Shown in pieces: positions 52,360-64,000 of a DNA stretch of 64,000 nt. The DNA is from Paraspadella gotoi (Eukaryota > Animalia > Chaetognatha), in assembly GCA_051294375.1 (NCBI GenBank), contig CM119268.1:18607889-18671888 (forward strand). Direction: 5' to 3'. Both the position numbers and the translations under genes were made by a program. Under the pieces are notes generated by a model. It made no database searches. It was not told the origin of the DNA and saw only the letters and a list, made by a program, of their open reading frames with translations. Every line of letters begins with the position of its first letter. The first letter of the stretch is position 1.

Positions 52360-52539
52360 GGACGGCACGACGGCGGCGCTGGATGTGCCACGGCTTCATG
52401 GCGCTGCGTGAATCTGGCGAACGCCTTTCCCACGCCGTCGGATGCGCATTCGCTCTTTGTCTCGAGCGGAAGTTAAAGGAGGGACAAGGATTGCGGCGTC
52501 ACGGCAAAATTTCGCTACGGACAAGACCAGTTTCGAAAG
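52360..52539 (+). CDS. numb: numb exon 4, end of PTB ([59 protein letters not shown] after removing three single-base insertions)
   Basis: tctag acceptor, GTGAGG donor at 52540. Conserved translation needs deletion of about G52373, G52479 and T52510. Confidence 0.9.
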
Positions 52540-52561
52540 GTGAGGATTTGAGAAGGCTGAG

Positions 52562-52592
<31 letters not shown>

Positions 52593-54949
52593 AATGGTAA
52601 TGAGGGAGCGGCATTCAAATAAAAATTAACGGGTAAGGACTAAGGCTCTCAGTGAGTGAGTGGGAGGGAAGAGCATTCGGTGCCAAAAGGAAACGTGTTT
52701 CACGTTGGCTGTTGGTTGAAAAACAAATCTTAACGCTAAGACGACGACAAAAAAACTGGTTTAGAGAAAACTAAGTGTTATCGAAGTCTTTTCTTTAGTC
52801 AGGTTAATTTTTTCTGTCAAAAAAAGATTTTATTTTTATTATAGTATTCACTGTAAATGAGAAATGGAATAATGAAAGATATGAAAAATAAGTATTGAAT
52901 AAAAAGTTTGATAATGAACGTGTGATAAAAAGTATTGAATCGCGCTAGGTAGTTAAATACTAGCGAGAAGACCTAAGTAAAGTGAAAAATTTGAAAAAGT
53001 AATTCGCTGTAGAAATAAACAAACGTAGCTTCAACCGCGGTTTTTACATACGAGGTCGAGGAGATTCAGGTTTGACGAAATGGGTGGAGAGTAAAGTGAG
53101 ATTCAAAAAGATGGAAAAGTGAAATTGAGAAAAGGGAAAACTGTGACTGACGGGGTGAGACTGTCTCTCACCTTTGCCCCTTGTTTTCCGCCTCCCTCTT
53201 TTCCGCCTCCCTCTTTTCGTCTCCCCCCCCCGATCGCCCCTTTTATATCGACCCCGTTTCCCGTTTGCGGTGAGTCTATTAAATGCATAAATGACCCCTG
53301 GGCGAAGTGGAGTGATAGAAGAGAGAGGGAGAAAAGGGGGGAAGAGCGGGGAAAATACGAGAGGAAAAGCTGAGGGAGAAAAGAGGGAAGAGAGATAAAA
53401 GAGGTGCATGAAATCGAAGAAAGAAAAAAAAGGGGAAAAAAGGAAAAAAAGTAGGGCAAAGAGACGCACTAAAAAGGAGTTAAGGAAACAGAGAGAAAGA
53501 GAAGGGGGAGAGCTAGGGAGAGGAGCAAGGGAAAGGAGCATGAAAAGAGAGAAGTAATGGAAAGGGAAAGAGTCGCGAACGCGTCTGAGCGAGAGAGAAT
53601 CCATCTCAGACGACCCAGTAACAACTCGGGGTCAGTCGGGTTGAAGTGTGCCACTATGCCGGAGCTTTGGGGCAAGGTGTGCAGATATGTGTAGGAGGTT
53701 TGAGCTATAAAGAGGATGGGTAAGGCGCGACACTGAGCTAACGAGCGAGTTTAAGGCGATTGGAGGTGAGTTAATGCGAGCTGAGGCGAGGTGAGCTCGC
53801 TAGAAGCGCGGGATTCATTGTGATCAACAACGAACGGCCCGTGTGAGGTCCGTGAATAATGGACGGACGGGTGCGATGCGAACTGCTGCTCGTTTATAAC
53901 GGAGTCTCGAAAGACTTAACTGAGCCCGCTCTGACGCTAAAGTTAATTATGGAATGGCGTTTGGCGTTTGTGAAGAGAGATATTAAAAAATTAACATATA
54001 TTCGTAAAAATTAATGGAAAGGATACTAGACAAATGTAAGTCAAAAATAAGAAAAAGGGGAAAAAAAGGTAGGAAAAGAGAGGGAAATATGGAGAGAGAG
54101 AGAGAGAGAAAGTGAAAGAGAGACAGAGAGGAAAGGATGAAGAAAGAGGTGGAGCGAAAACGAATCGTAATGGTGTTCCTGGCGAATATAAGGGAAATGG
54201 CGACGCGCTGTCTCGACGGAAGGAGAGAGAGAGAGAGAGACAGACAGACATATAACGGAAAATAAAATAAAAAAGGTGATAAAAAGAGGGAAAAAGAATG
54301 AAGTGATGTGGAAAGGTAAAAAAAAAAGACAATATCATAATGGAAGGTTAGAACCACCCGATCTCTTTTCAAGAGAAAAGGAAAAAAAGTGGAAAATATG
54401 GGAAAGGAAAAATATCTATACTGAAGGGAGAGTCACTCAGGGGAAGAAGGTGTGAAAATTCACAGAAACTCGAGGAACGCCACGGCGACGAAGGCAACGA
54501 CGATGGTGACGACGATAAGGGAAACGATGCTGTCGACCACGACGATGTCGACGAAGTGAGACGATAACGACGACGATTATAAGAACGATTGACGCTGCGA
54601 CAGACCGTTGAGGAAAATGACAACGATGATTGCGATAACATGAAGATTAATGAGGCATTTGAGATAAAGGAAAACCACATTCGAACACAGACACCTGGGG
54701 TTTGCAGAGCAACTTACTACTTTAAACTTTATACAGTTATGGATTCTTATTCATCGATTTTGGATTTAGCGAGGAGACTTCTTTCTTATTGGCGGCGGAA
54801 ACAAAACACTAAAGTTGGCCCCTGATTGGTCGGTTTATCTATGGCCCGAAGCCAACTTCTGATTGAGTCCGAGTTTTCCGTTGACCCATTTTCAGTTTGG
54901 TTAGGGAAATCTCGTCTCCTCCTGTTTTCCGCTCGGGCTCATTCCCTTT

Positions 54950-54981
<32 letters not shown>

Positions 54982-55546
54982 ATTCTTTCTTTCTTCTTTT
55001 ATTCGTTTCGTTTGTGAAATCTGAGACTCTTACTTTCTGATTAGTCGGTCAATTCCCTTTAAAGTCTTGGGGAAGTTTTAACGAACAGGAAGCGAAAAAG
55101 GGGAATAAGAAAGAGGAGAGTATAAAAGAATAGGGGGGAAAGAGAGAGAAATAGGATATGAAATAATTGATAAATCAAATAAAACAATATCCCCCCCCCA
55201 AAAAAAAAAGGAATTAAAGAAAGGATAAGGAGAGTGAAGAACACGATCCATTTCAGCATATTTTTTTCTCAGATGTTCCGACTGTGAAACGGTGAATTGG
55301 CCTGAATGAGGGTCGCATTCATAACTATGACCGCGAAGATGAAGGTCATTAGACCGAATGTGATAAACTTATGCTTAAGGGTTTTGAGGTCAAGTTCGTT
55401 CGGACTCTGACGATGACTTCGCTTTGAATCGTGAATGTGAAAGCGAATGTGACTGTGAATCGATTTCGACGAAAGAGACAGAAAGAGAGAGAGGAAATGT
55501 GAACCGACGGGGAAAAGCGTCTCATCCAGATGCGTCGTCGCGTTTT

Positions 55547-55577
<31 letters not shown>

Positions 55578-56406
55578 GGCGGAGAAAAAAAAAGAATGTA
55601 AAAAGAGGAGTGGTCGGGAGCCAGAGCCAAGGCCAACCACAGAGCTCCTAACCAGAGCGAAGGAGGAAGAAGCGGGACAACAAAAAAGTTAATGGAGACA
55701 TAAACAGGTCGTCTTTTTTGGGGGCCGAAGAGGCTAAAGAGACCAACGCCTCCTCGTGAGGTCGTAGGGGATAGAACGGACTAGGAGAGAGAGAGAGAGA
55801 AACGGAGAACTTTTCATTAAATATGCAAGAAGCAACCGCGCCCCCTGTCCTGAGGTCCTTCCGTCCGTTTGTCTGTTCTGAGAAAATTTCGCGAAGAAAA
55901 AAAAGCTGACTTCATACATCTCCATGGTTTTGGACAATTGTGGCTCTCTTTCTCTCTCTCTTTCTGCTCAATCTTCTTGCTTCCAAGTTTGCTATTCTTT
56001 TATTATTCCGCAGTATTTTTTCCCTTTCCGCCCGCAGCCACTCTGAGTGCATTCTTAATATATCATGTTGTTTTCCCAAAAGTACAATACGGATTCTTTA
56101 TTTCTAGTAGAGCTTTTTTTTCCAGTATAATTTCTGGTCAGACCAATGCAAGAAAAGAGAGAGAGAGTTGGCGGCGAAAAGAGAAAAGAAAAAGGGAGAG
56201 AGACAGAGTGCGCGCCAAGGAAATAGAACTCAGAGAGCGTGAACCCGACCTTTTTCCTTTAGATTCAATCGTTGAAAACTGTTGCCTTCACAATGGCAGT
56301 TGGCGAGTTCACATTTGTCAGGAGAACTGCGATTTTCTCTGAATAAAAATACTTTATTGCTTAACACAATTATATTAATAAATTTTTTTTTCTCTCTCCA
56401 TTACAG

Positions 56407-56474
56407 AATGGGATCGTTTCGGCAAGCGACGATTACGGAGAAAATGGTCGACCCTCAATCCGCCATCGTTCAAG
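56407..56474 (+). CDS. numb: numb exon 5 (MGSFRQATITEKMVDPQSAIVQ)
   Basis: tacag acceptor, phase 2 in; GTATGT donor at 56475, phase 1. Conserved GSFR. Confidence 0.92.
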
Positions 56475-58087
56475 GTATGTAAAAAATAATTGTTTTACTA
56501 TAAATACGAGTTACTATGTTAAATCTTTATACCGACGACGGTCTCGAACTCATAACTTTCGCCTCCAAACTCGCCTCCCCACGGGTTCTCCTTAAAATCG
56601 TAGGCTGAAGGGCAATCGATCCAAAGTGTTTGTTTACCACTTTACCGACTCTTCCTCCAGCGACGCCCATTTCCGTCCGACCCGCTTCCTCTTATCTTTC
56701 TTTTCCTCTTTTTTTCTTTCTTTTTTCTTTCTTCTAAATCTTTTCGCTTTTCTCCTCTCTTCCTTGTTTTAATATCTCAGTTTCTTCTCGGCCTCTCAAT
56801 TCCTAATTCCTAATTCTGCAGAGAAAGATTTACGATCTTAGTTTAACTTTTCTCTCCGCGCTGGATCACTTAACCTTTCTCAGCTTTTTTTTTCTCTCTC
56901 TCTCTCGTACCCGTCATCTTCTCTCTTTTCTTCTCTATTCTCCTGAATTCTCTTTTCTCTTCTCTCTTTTCTAATCTTCGCTCAATGATGGGGAGAAAAA
57001 CCTCGAAGCTTTCTTCCTCCTTCTAATTTTTTTCGCTACAAAGAAATAAAAAAAGGATTTCTCTACTCAGTATTTTTGGATTCGGTTTTCGAAAATGTAA
57101 CCAATCCCTCAGCAGCCAGCTCCATCAGCACTTTATTTGTTTCGGATACTTTTCGTTTTTGTTAACAAAAGGGGAAGGAATATATATCAATTAATCAGAA
57201 AAAGCAACACCAATTTGTGTTTGAAATTTAAATTGCTTTTAAAAAAATAAATTATGTCTAAGAGTTAATTTACCGAGATACGTTTTTCTATCTTTAAGTT
57301 TAGCATTTTTTGTGCCTGCCCGGATCTTTTCCCCCACCACCATGGCAACCGAGCTCTCTGGGGATTCTGCCTCTAGCTGACTACTGGAGCCAGTTTTTAT
57401 TTTCTCTCTCTCTCTCTCTCTCTCTCTGTGTCTCGCGTGTCATCTTAACCAATGCGAGTCACCTTCCATTAAACTATCGTTACGACAGCCATAGAATTTC
57501 AATAAATATTAATTATTCTTTTACATTCCTATCAATCTTTATTGATTATTGATAATATTCTTGCCACGAAGTCGCAAATTGCAGAACGATGACGACTTTT
57601 GTTCTTGTTAAAATGCTTGTCAGAAAAAAATTTTACACTGTACCGTGCTCTTATGTTTTTAGATGACGAATAGTGGGAATAAGTGAAAGAAAGAGCAAGA
57701 CAGAAAGGGACTTGAATTATGGTTTCTCGTTAACAAAATCGTTTTGTGCGAGAACGTTAATGTAATTTCGACCTGAAGCAGAATTAAACGCTGATGGTTA
57801 TATTTACTTTATTGTTCGATTTAAATTTCATGTTTAAGTAAAAGGAAAATCAAAATGTTATGTTTTATTCATCATGATATTATTTTTTTCCAAATTTTTC
57901 TGAAACTTCAACCTTTAAATGTTAAATGATGATTCATTAATCCATTAATCTGTTTCGATTTATTTTTTTTGAAATAAACAATCTTAGAAAAATAAAGATT
58001 TGACCCAACCCTGAACCCACCTTTTCTACCAACCCCTTTTTCACCCCCTACCCACCTCTTCCACGCCTCCCTGCACACCTCTTCCAG

Positions 58088-58200
58088 AACCGATTCCGAT
58101 GAGAAGCGTGGACACGCCACACGCGGTGCCACGCCCACACGCCTCGGCGACGATGATGCAACGACAAGGCTCCTTCCGGGGATTCGCGCAATTGAATCAG
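58088..58200 (+). CDS. numb: numb exon 6, NumbF (EPIPMRSVDTPHAVPRPHASATMMQRQGSFRGFAQLNQ)
   Basis: ttccag acceptor, GTTGGG donor; matches HAIPRRHA...RQGSFRGF. Confidence 0.94.
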
Positions 58201-59163
58201 GTTGGGGTTGGGGGGGTGAATTGGTGAGGAGACGCCGTGGGTTTAGATGATTGGTGGTCGAAACTGGAAGGAGTCACTTAAACTGGGCGAGGGGACGGGC
58301 GACGCTTGTGAATTTAACCAATGTCGGGTTAGTTTAGTAAATCTGTTGTCATAGGCATAGGGGAAAGTTTACCTCATCGATAATTATGACGCCTTCAGTT
58401 GTGACCAGGCGACTCAATGAAGTGTGTGGACGGCCGTAGGCAGCCTTGGGAGGGATGTCGAAAACTGGATCCGCTTCATTGCTGGCCAGGGGGGTAAAGA
58501 AATTACGGAAATTATTAAAAAAAGTCTTTAGCCCAATTGGAGCTCCTTATGTCCACAAGTCCACGCTGCTGGAAAGAGGGGATTTGTGGTCTAATGAGCA
58601 AAAATGGCGGGTGAGTTAGTGTTTAGTTTCGGATGGGTAGTTTCCTTAAGAGAAGGCATCGGGAAAAATCGACGTGGAGAAGTGATTTACGTCTTTTTCC
58701 TGTTTTTTTTTTCTTGAATTTTTCAAAACCAAGCGCCATCTTTGAAAGGGAAACGAAAACAAACTTTGTTTACTTTTTCGATCTTGGTCACGTGAGCCAG
58801 AGACTCGATGCTTTCGGTTTTCTTTTCATTTGTTTCTTTTTGAAAAAAAAACCCCGAATTTTCCGTTTAATTAAATGCCAAAGCCAATGATTTCGCTCAT
58901 GGCCGTACAGAGAGATAAAAGAAGCTTCCAAGGATTAAGAAAAGAAGGAAGTAAAGATAAGGGAAAATAAAGCGTCGGTGGCAATTTTCTTTTATGATTA
59001 GTTGACGAGAATTCCATTAACGTGAAATCGCCTTAGCGAAAATATTACGATTATAAACCCTGGGAGTAGATTATGTAATATTTTCCCTTATTTTCTTTCT
59101 CGTTTTAAATTAACCCATAACAATGGCCTCACCTTATTATCCCATTCTCTTTCTCCTTCCCAG

Positions 59164-59389
59164 ACCTCGTCCCCTTTCAAGCGCACGGTCTCTCTTCGCA
59201 TCGGCGAACTTCCTTCCACGCTGCAGCGCCAAATGCGCTCGCACTCCGACTCGCTTCAATCCGGCACCGGCGCCGCAAACGGGATTCACGGCGGCGCCGC
59301 CAACCCCATTAACGGCGTTCACGGCGTCAACGACCCCGCGGTGAACGGACAAGCCGATCTCGAGTCTCCGACGGGTTCCATCATTTCCG
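59164..59389 (+). CDS. numb: numb exon 7 (TSSPFKRTVSLRIGELPSTLQRQ...)
   Basis: cccag acceptor; GTGAGG donor at 59390, phase 1. Confidence 0.93.
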
Positions 59390-59459
59390 GTGAGGGGCGA
59401 ACGTCGTTTGTAGTCGGCGGAGCATAAATTTAAATCGAGTGAATTATTATGAAAACTGG

Positions 59460-59721
59460 AACAAATACAAAAATTATCCATTCATTCAATTAATAAGCTA
59501 TCTTGCCCCTGACCTTCTTCACGCTAACAATCAAGACTCTCTCACTCTCTGGTGAATGAAGTGGTACAATGTTATAGTAGGGTGGTATATCTGTATGAGA
59601 ATCTGCTAGTGTTTTTATACAATTGTATCCTTAATACGAGAATATATTATAACTTGCTGTCCAAAGTCAGCAGGCAAGATGGCTTATTTTTTAGATAAAC
59701 GGATAATTTTCATATTGGTTG
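59460..59721. mobile_element. MITE family A copy with both TIRs (about 50 bp)
   Basis: aaaattatccattc...aataagctatcttgcccctgac versus gtcagcaggcaagatggcttatt...ggataatttt. Confidence 0.75.
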
Positions 59722-59910
59722 ATGGTTGTAACAATTTCATATTATACGTAATTGGAGTACTGAGTGAAAAATTTGTGATTTATTATAATTATCATTTGTG
59801 CGTAGCTTTGTAGTTTTTTGTTGTCGAGAGAAATAAATTTTTTTACATTTAACTTTCCCCTCTCTCTAAACCGAAATAAATGTGTCTTTATTCTCCCCTT
59901 CCTTCATCAG

Positions 59911-60084
59911 GCGCTTCCTCCATCGGCGCCATGAGCCTTCCGCCTGGCGTCGGCGCCTCCACGGCGCCCAACGCTCGGTCGGACGTCGACCTCATCAGTT
60001 CCATGTGCCAAAAGATTTCCACCGACTTGGGTGCTTTGGGCGCCGACTGGGACAGTTCTAGCGAGATTTTGGAAGTCGCTAAGG
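59911..60084 (+). CDS. numb: numb exon 8 (GASSIGAMSLPP...DLISSMCQKISTDLGAL...)
   Basis: atcag acceptor, GTTAGT donor at 60085; phases 1/1; resembles Numb ISSLCSQI. Confidence 0.85.
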
Positions 60085-60412
60085 GTTAGTTTAGTAACGA
60101 GGACACCTACAACAAAGATTTGAGATATCCCAGTGACATCGTTAACATCATCGTTAAGAATTAGTAGGGTAATTTATAATTGGCCTTTATCGGTAAGATC
60201 CTTAGTATCGCTAAGGTTGGGAAGAATTATTAAAACGCCTCAAATAACTTTTTCATCACCATATCCTATGAATATAGTTATAAATGTAAGTTGAGAAATT
60301 GCCTAGTTTAACACCGGTGAGAAACTCAAGTAATGTCTTTAAAGATTGATAAATTTTGGTTTGTTAAAATGATCATATTCTGCAATCACCAATTCTCCCT
60401 CCTTCCGTCCAG

Positions 60413-60721
60413 CCTCTCGATTCCCTCAGTCCAACCTTCAAGGATTCGACAGCGTCAGCGTTCCCAACATGACCTCCTCCTCTTCATCACCTCCTCCTCC
60501 CTGTTCCTCCGTCTCTCCCTCGCTACAAGTCTCCTCGGTCTCTCCTCCTCTCCTCGCCCCCTCCACCGCCGCTTCCCGCCTCTCTTCCCCCCGCCCCCAT
60601 CGCCCGCGTCAAACCCCCTGCTCCGGCCAACGCGTCCGCCTCGTCTTTTCGAACCACTTCCGTCCTCGCGCCCGCCGCAGCCAAAACCCGCCGCCGACTG
60701 TGCCCGACACTTGTGATAAAA
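60413..60721 (+). CDS. numb: numb exon 9, Pro/Ser-rich region
   Basis: tccag acceptor, open frame, A|GTGAGA donor at 60722; phases 1/1. Internal indels cannot be excluded. Confidence 0.65.
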
Positions 60722-61303
60722 GTGAGAGAGTCGGGATTTTAGAGTTAAACTATATTGTGTATAGAGCCCAAAAAAATAATTTGCATATTGCAGTTTGGTT
60801 TGTTTAGGTGTTATGATGATTGGACGTATAAATCTAACTGATAATTTACTCATAATTCAAAAAAATTGTTTTTCAAGTCTTACCTTTGGATTCAAGAACT
60901 TATCGAACAAAAATAAAATAAAATAAAATAAAAATACAAAAAAAAAATACAAATAAAATACAAAAATTTCATCAAGAGCGAAAACAGAAACACTCGCCAC
61001 AATACTAGTTTTAAGTACAAATTCATGATCAGCTTAATTTTAAACTATAACCTAGTTTTCTGATCAAATTGTTATTGACTTTTGTTCTGATAGTATTTTT
61101 TTATGAAGTAATGTTACAAGTTTTGATGTGAGTGTCTTTTGTTTTATTTTTTGTTATCAGTGTAGTTTTTATCTGTTCCGATCTTTTTACACTGTTATTG
61201 TGACTTACTGTTTTTGTTTTTATTAAAAAAATTGTTTATTAATTCGTTTATTATTAAAAATTTTTCCTAATTATGCCTGCCTCTCCCTTTTCCCTTTTTA
61301 CAG

Positions 61304-61755
61304 AAATCCCGTCGACAGTCGTCAGTCATCATTCCAGAGCGGCGTCTATCGATCTCGGCGCCACGCCCTTCGCCGGCTCCACGCCGACGCCGCCTCAACG
61401 AACGGCGCCACTTTATTCCAGTTTCCGTTCGACGGATGGGCGCTCGACCGGCGTCACGCTGACGGCTCCAAACTGCGCCGGATCGGGACATAACGGCGTC
61501 CCTGGCGCGCCGGATTTCGACCCTTTTGACGCTCAGTGGGCGTTGCTTGGCAAAACTTCGTCGCTGACGTCGCGCGGTCGAGGTTACGGTTCCACGGACT
61601 CGGCCCACGGACGCAACGCCGTGAACGCCCCTAGTCACGCCTCCGTTCCGAGCGTCAACGCGTCGTCGAAGCGGAACTACGCGATGACGACGACGACATC
61701 GACGAATCCATTCGAGATTGATATCATCAGGAAAACATTCGAAGTCAATTTGTGA
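61304..61755 (+). CDS. numb: numb terminal exon (...FDPFDAQWALL...STNPFEIDIIRKTFEVNL*)
   Basis: tacag acceptor, phase 1; DPF (AP-2) and NPF (EH-domain) motifs; Numb-type C-terminus. Confidence 0.96.
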
Positions 61756-63649
61756 CGAAAAGAGGAAATAAAAAAGACCGGAAGTGAAACGTGAGAGGTT
61801 CTCCCAGTCACACCCCCTCCGCCCGATCAGAATTCACTCTAGAAGCGAATTGTCCCGTCGACTTTTTATTTTCTTGAATAAAAAAAATCTTCTCCCCTTT
61901 TCCTTAAGTGTCCCGCACATTACGTGAATTATATCGCTACTTGTAAACAAATGATTAATTCGTTCAGTTTTCGGCGCCAGCCATTAAAGTCTCTGATGTC
62001 TGGTGAAATGCGACACGAAAAATCGATCACTAAATTTGAGATCTCGCAATATAAATGATCTTTTGCAGAATCAGGTGATGAGAAATTTACAAAATTTCGA
62101 ATGGTGCAACTCGTTAAATTTGTTATTACTGTACATTTAAGAATAGTTTCACAGTGGCCTCAAAAAAGAGAAGACAGGAAAATTAATAAAAGTATAACTT
62201 TCGCGTTTTATAAACCCATGCTCAATAAAAATATCAAGATTTTATACTGATTTATTTTAATGGTTTGTTAAATCTGATGACCCCTGTCCGCAACTAAATT
62301 CCCATCTGTTCGTGAAAAATCATGATCGTGACTTCTCTCCCCCCCTCTCCCTCCCCCCCTTCTCTGCCCCTTTTTTCTCTATCCATCAACACCCCCAAAT
62401 GTATGAGTTTCGCCGCTAAGAAAGTAGTTAATCCTCCAACGCTTTCATAAGTCTATAACTCTTCTATTTCTCGAATTGTGAGATTTTGGTTTCACTATTA
62501 AGTTGAAAATTATATTTGACTTTGTTTAACCGTTTTAGCTCTTAGGGATGCTTATTTTTTTTTAAATTTACTTCTTAACATCGCGCTCAAAATGACTTTT
62601 TTTCCAATCGATCTCTTGTCCTTTATGAAAATAAGTAATTTTTTTTTCAACGAAAATACATTTTTTTGGTCTTTTATTTAATGTTAGTGACAGGAAGCTT
62701 TTTGTAAAAATTACCGTTTCTTTTTAGTTTATGCAATATTATTTTTTTATAAATTCATAGCTCTATATACACAAATATTTTTTTAAAAAATTATTTTTAT
62801 TTTCATTTCTATAAGAACCATCAAAATCAATTTAAAACTAGTTCTCTCCTTTTTAAACGATAACAGCAAAAAAAGATTGCATAATTCAATAATAGCTTCA
62901 AAAAGCGTCGATAGTCGATACTCAAACAAAAAAGCTTGCAGTAGCCGTAAATACGCTTCCTATCAATCGTGGCCGTTTTACTTTGTTTCTAAGTCTTCAC
63001 ACACCTAGTACGAACTCTGGTTAATTTCGTAAATAAAAAAAATGCTATTAATAGATTTTCAAATCTCGTAACCCTTGCAATTTTCAGATAGTCATTTATT
63101 AAGGATAAACACCAAATCGGATGACCTTTCAAATGTAGTAATTTGATGTATACATCTTTATCTATTCTTGAAACTACCCGAAGCTACATTTCCTGGATGA
63201 CAAAATGTTTGTTATTGGCAGAAAAAGCACGAAATTACAGAGAAGGGGATGGAAAAAAAGGTTAGATTTTACTTTTCAGTGTTTTTTTTTTTTTTATAAT
63301 CCTCTCAACTGAATCAAGGGGAGAATATTCACCGACTAAAATACTATTTTTGTGTTTACTTGTTCACACTCTGCGTTGTATTTCCGACCGAATAAAATAA
63401 AAACATCTAAAAGAAAGAGTGGTTTGTAGCGACGGGTAAAAATGAAATATGAGTTACGATCTCTCAAGGCGGAACTCTTTAGGCAATTTAGATAGATTGA
63501 ATCTCAGAAGAGATAAGTTGCATGATGGATATCGTTGGTCAACGACCGCTCTATGACGTCGCCTTTTCCGGATGGCCATTACCAACGATGGGATTGGTCG
63601 GTATTAAGGAAACCATCAGAAATTGACTAGAAAAAAGCCAAAAGAGGTT

Positions 63650-63784
63650 AATTTTACTTTCGCCGACCGGGGTTAGGGAGGGGTGAGGGTAAGGTATTAG
63701 GTAATAATTTTATTTTAAAAAATAAATATTTTTAAATACTTTTTTTCAAAAGACGCCAAAACCGCGGTCGGCGAAAGTAAAATT
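63650..63784. mobile_element. Small MITE-like element with perfect 20-bp TIRs
   Basis: aattttactttcgccgaccg (63650-63669) and cggtcggcgaaagtaaaatt (63765-63784). Confidence 0.7.
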
Positions 63785-63889
63785 TATCCGCCCAAAGGCC
63801 AAAACGTTTCGTTAAACTATTAATAAGTTAAATAGTAAATAAGTTTCGCTGATCGAATTAAGATCTGTCAAACGAAACTTCCCCCCGCG

Positions 63890-64000
63890 TCATTTCCGCA
63901 ATTTCCCGCAGCAGCTTTGCGGCAGCCGCCAATCAGGCCGCTTCAGCACGACCACCAAACTGATCAACGCCGGAATCAGGGGGATGAGGAAGAGCAGCCC
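63890..64000 (-). CDS. 3' end of a convergent gene running off the window; membrane-protein C-terminus (GLLFLIPLIPALISLVVVLKRPDWRLPQSCCGKLRK*)
   Basis: Translated by hand: GC-rich open frame with hydrophobic helix, basic residues and CC, then TGA at 63892-63890. Confidence 0.6.
   Translation of the reverse strand, partial: GLLFLIPLIPALISLVVVLKRPDWRLPQSCCGKLRK

Larger units (their letters stand above)
44924..61755 (+). other. numb: numb gene (PTB-domain endocytic adaptor and Notch antagonist), 10 coding exons
   Basis: N-terminal LSFRRRK...PHQWQ, full PTB domain, NumbF region (RQGSFRGF, SPFKRTVSLRIGELPST), DPF and NPF motifs, C-terminal KTFEVNL. Confidence 0.97.

Noticed and set aside
53570-53975. 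High-complexity island in numb intron 4 (a similar one at 58250-58620)
   Set aside because: No phase-compatible exon, recognisable ncRNA or strong hairpin found by eye.
59968-60000. Minus-strand CTGATGA-GGTCG...CGACC resembling a hammerhead core
   Set aside because: Followed by GAGC, not GAAA; antisense to a numb coding exon.

Overview
Eukaryotic (invertebrate animal, probably spiralian) draft genomic DNA. It is AT-rich, full of microsatellites, and contains many N-gaps and insertion-ridden patches. Two intron-rich plus-strand genes can be rebuilt exon by exon. (1) A kainate-type ionotropic glutamate receptor, about 3.2-32.3 kb: S1, M1-M3, S2 and M4 are complete, the N-terminal domain is not recoverable, and several C-terminal exons look alternative. 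(2) numb, 44924-61755, 10 coding exons. The 3' end of a third, convergent membrane-protein gene enters at the right edge. Most ORFs in the supplied track are microsatellite artefacts. The main points of interest are: two minimal type-I hammerhead ribozyme motifs in a nested inverted repeat in numb intron 2; a genomically encoded Arg at the receptor Q/R site in an altered pore loop (MRQDSG); two consecutive GC-AG introns with AAG acceptors; tandemly amplified splice donors; inverted MITE copies bracketing the pore exons; and three +1 indels in numb exon 4 that are probably assembly errors.
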